From Psammoneis japonica (Eukaryota): DNA of 64,000 nucleotides. The translations under genes were made by a program, and so were the position numbers. The notes beneath the pieces were generated by a model. The model was given only the letters and a program-made list of their open reading frames with translations, ran no database searches and had not been told where the DNA came from. The DNA lies in the NCBI GenBank assembly GCA_008632985.1, contig QPGO01000039.1, forward strand, positions 310,001-374,000, in the 5' to 3' direction. This document shows positions 61,332 to 64,000 of this stretch, piece by piece; positions within the stretch are counted from its first letter, which is position 1, and each line of letters begins with the position of its first letter.

Positions 61332-63182
61332 ATGATGGAAGAGAGCAATGAGCGATCCCAGGATGTGATGGCTAGCAGTAGCAGCAATGAGTCGTTGGAA
61401 GCTGGAATTCAACAAACAACAACAACGCAGGACGATACAGCAGACCAACAACAAGACGACGAAGACGATTGCCGGAAAAGTCTCAACTCGTATTATGGAA
61501 ATCGTCTTGGCATTTTACAGAGTTTATCGTTGCTGTTGAATGCTGGATTGATGGTGTACGCACACGTGGGTTTGTCCGCAGTGATTTTGTCGAGTCGACC
61601 TCCACTCGATCAACAGCAGCTGCGGTCGTTACAGGAAAATAATACTACAGCATGCAATGAGCAAGATTTTGTAATTTGGCAATCGGGTGGACAAGCCAAT
61701 CGAACCATTCATTCCAACTATTGTTCTCGAGAGTATAACGGTGGATGTTTGTTGGATGAGAACTGTATTGCAGAATGCTTTACGACTGTTCACGGGTATT
61801 CTCCGAGTTGTTCCGCATGCTTTGGTGCACTCCCCGATTGCAGTTTGGCAAATGGGTGTGCACTCGTTTGTGCATCTGATAGCTTTGGTATTCCATGTCA
61901 AGAGTGTAACATTCCGTGTACGGAGGAACTCGATTTGTGTTTGGGATTTCCAGAACAAAACGGCACAAACATTCCCACATTTGCACCGGGACCAACCGTA
62001 GTACCGGTACCTGGCACTGGCGAAAACTCGTGTACCGAGGTAGATTTGGACTCGATTGACCGTTGGTATGTCGTGTACGAAATGACCTTTGTCGACGCCA
62101 TTGAAAAGGCATGGAACGGAGGCGTCAAGTTGTTGGCTTTTATTGTGGTGATATTTTCGGGTATTTGGCCGTATGGCAAGAATATCATTCTAATGTTTGT
62201 TTGGTACATGAAGTTGTCACCCAAACGACGTAGCTCGATCTTGGTTTGGTTGACACGGCTGTCCAAGTATACGCTTGTGGATGTCTTTGCTGTCATCACC
62301 GTGCTGGTGGGAGTGTTGTTGGAGCTGGACGTGGGCGGGACCCAAGTCGTTGTTCGTGGAGAGCCTCGTCCAGCCATTATTTGCTTTTTTGTGGCCACCC
62401 TCTGGGAGTTTGTGCAGATTGAATGGACCTTTCATAAGCACAAACAACATGTTGTCTTTTCGGAATTTACCGACAAAGACGACAAGGACGATAGCCCCAC
62501 AAGCTTGCTTGGAGCGTTGCGATTCCGTACGCAGTTGCGGTCCAATCATGATTGCGTTGCGCCCAAAAGCACGACAGCCATGCAAGTTTGGGTTGGATTC
62601 CTTCTCATATCCACAATTGCTCTGTATATTTCTGGATCCGTGACGGACATGATTCGTTTCATTTCGTACGGCAGCAGCAGTACTGGATGCGTGAAATCGT
62701 ACAATCTCGTGTCGTTTGGCAACGCCATGGTGAGCGAGCTTGCGCTCACCGACAACTCGGCCAAGCCCGGCACATGGACTCTGTATATAATCTATGTGCT
62801 ACTTGTGCTTGCCTTGCCCATTCTTGTGCATGTACTGCAGATTGTCATGCTGGTTTTCCAAGTAAACAACAAGAGACTCGCCGAATGGACCGGATCGACG
62901 TGGGGATTTTCCAGTGTGGAAGTGCTCTTGATTGGAGTCTTTTCCGTCGAACACGCCTTTGAAAAGTTTGTGGCACAATTGGCCGGCAATGACTCGTCTC
63001 AATTCTTTACAATTACGAGTTCCCTCCAAGATGGATATTTCATTTTGATTGGATATTCCATTGCGGCGGGACTGCTGCAATACTTTGTGCAATGCGCCGT
63101 TTCTGAATTTTACAAAATTGATCCGTACCACAAGGTTCATGTCGTTTGGTTCAAGGCGCTTCGGTGTTGGCTCAAGGAATAA
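61332..63182 (+). CDS. PqiA-like multi-pass membrane protein with Cys-rich extracytoplasmic domain
   Basis: IVVIFSGIWPYGK...LTRLSKYTLVDVF (KWSxxDVF-like), with a second weaker repeat; CFTTVHGYSPSCSACFG. Start codon uncertain. Confidence 0.75.
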   Translation: MMEESNERSQDVMASSSSNESLEAGIQQTTTTQDDTADQQQDDEDDCRKSLNSYYGNRLGILQSLSLLLNAGLMVYAHVGLSAVILSSRPPLDQQQLRSLQENNTTACNEQDFVIWQSGGQANRTIHSNYCSREYNGGCLLDENCIAECFTTVHGYSPSCSACFGALPDCSLANGCALVCASDSFGIPCQECNIPCTEELDLCLGFPEQNGTNIPTFAPGPTVVPVPGTGENSCTEVDLDSIDRWYVVYEMTFVDAIEKAWNGGVKLLAFIVVIFSGIWPYGKNIILMFVWYMKLSPKRRSSILVWLTRLSKYTLVDVFAVITVLVGVLLELDVGGTQVVVRGEPRPAIICFFVATLWEFVQIEWTFHKHKQHVVFSEFTDKDDKDDSPTSLLGALRFRTQLRSNHDCVAPKSTTAMQVWVGFLLISTIALYISGSVTDMIRFISYGSSSTGCVKSYNLVSFGNAMVSELALTDNSAKPGTWTLYIIYVLLVLALPILVHVLQIVMLVFQVNNKRLAEWTGSTWGFSSVEVLLIGVFSVEHAFEKFVAQLAGNDSSQFFTITSSLQDGYFILIGYSIAAGLLQYFVQCAVSEFYKIDPYHKVHVVWFKALRCWLKE

Positions 63183-63422
63183 CTCGTGGTGGGCATCCAA
63201 AACAATAATGATTTCGGGGTGAGCAAAGAGAACCAAACGGTGGCCAATTATTTGAAGAAACTGTACGTTTGCGCCTATTCTGCCAGGCGTGCAAGGTACT
63301 ATACAGCCGACTCTCTAGGGAGACTCAACAGAAGAGACGCCATGGTGTAACTCGTAACGCGGTGTTGCCTACTTGTTAAATAATTCCATAAACACTAGAG
63401 AATATCAATTCATTCCAATTCT

Positions 63423-63937
63423 CTACACCGTTGCGGATTCAACCTCTTGTTCTTGCTCCTCATCCGCGGCAGCGACAAGTGGCTCGGTAGGGTTATCCTC
63501 TTCTTCCTCCTCTTGTTGTTGTTGCTCTTGTTGTTGTCGATTTTCCTTCATTTTGACCAACGTATACAACAAGCTTCCACCCAAGACTGTAAAGATTCCC
63601 AACACACCCGACACGGTTGCCTTGTTGCCCCACAGATAGAATGCCAACATGGATTGGGCGGCAGCCTTGGCGGTACCAGAAATGGTATGCGACAGAGGCG
63701 AGGTCGCCTTGATTTGAAGCACGGTAACAATACCAATGGAAAACCCAAAGAAACCGGCAACCACCATGGCGGACCAAAAAATGGGAGACAGAAATTTGGA
63801 AGTTTCACTGTCCCACGAAAGTTGCTGGAGCAATACGTCTCGTTCAAACAAGAAGAGAAAGGTAGAAACAAGAGACAGGCATTGACATTGTTGTAAAAGG
63901 TCAATTTCCAATGATCATCTCCGACAATGGGCAAGAC
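63423..63937 (-). CDS. Last exon of a GDP-fucose transporter-like (SLC35C1) gene; frameshift near 63860
   Basis: [17 protein letters not shown] and [19 protein letters not shown] motifs; acceptor ...ctacag at 63938. Confidence 0.85.
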
Positions 63938-64000
63938 CTGTAGTAGAAGTGTGGATGGATTGAACAATACATTCAACGTAAGATTATGACGAGAACTCTG

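Overview
Eukaryotic DNA, most likely from a pennate diatom (inferred from compact genes with short GT-AG introns, a bipartite plastid-targeting-like N-terminus and diatom-type copia gag sequences). About 14 host genes alternate with four blocks of decayed transposons: roughly 6.5-13.8, 15.6-18.4, 34.2-36.8 and 42.3-61.1 kb. The main signal is that these blocks have lost almost all TpA dinucleotides, converted to TpG or CpA, so conserved Tyr residues read as Cys or His. This affects LTR, non-LTR and DNA transposons as well as duplicated host-gene fragments, while neighbouring genes are untouched. It resembles a repeat-directed A:T->G:C hypermutation process running opposite to fungal RIP, and it is partly decoupled from CpG decay. 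A second highlight is a CD38/BST1-like ADP-ribosyl cyclase gene (29.2-30.5 kb) hidden by an intron and indels. Other genes are a Crinkler-like nuclease, a GT47-GT31 fusion, coproporphyrinogen oxidase, SPB1, a serine carboxypeptidase, a START protein, an FAD monooxygenase, FG-GAP propeller proteins, a PqiA-like protein and a GDP-fucose transporter. Several single-base frameshifts look like assembly errors. All family calls are by-eye motif recognition; no searches were run.
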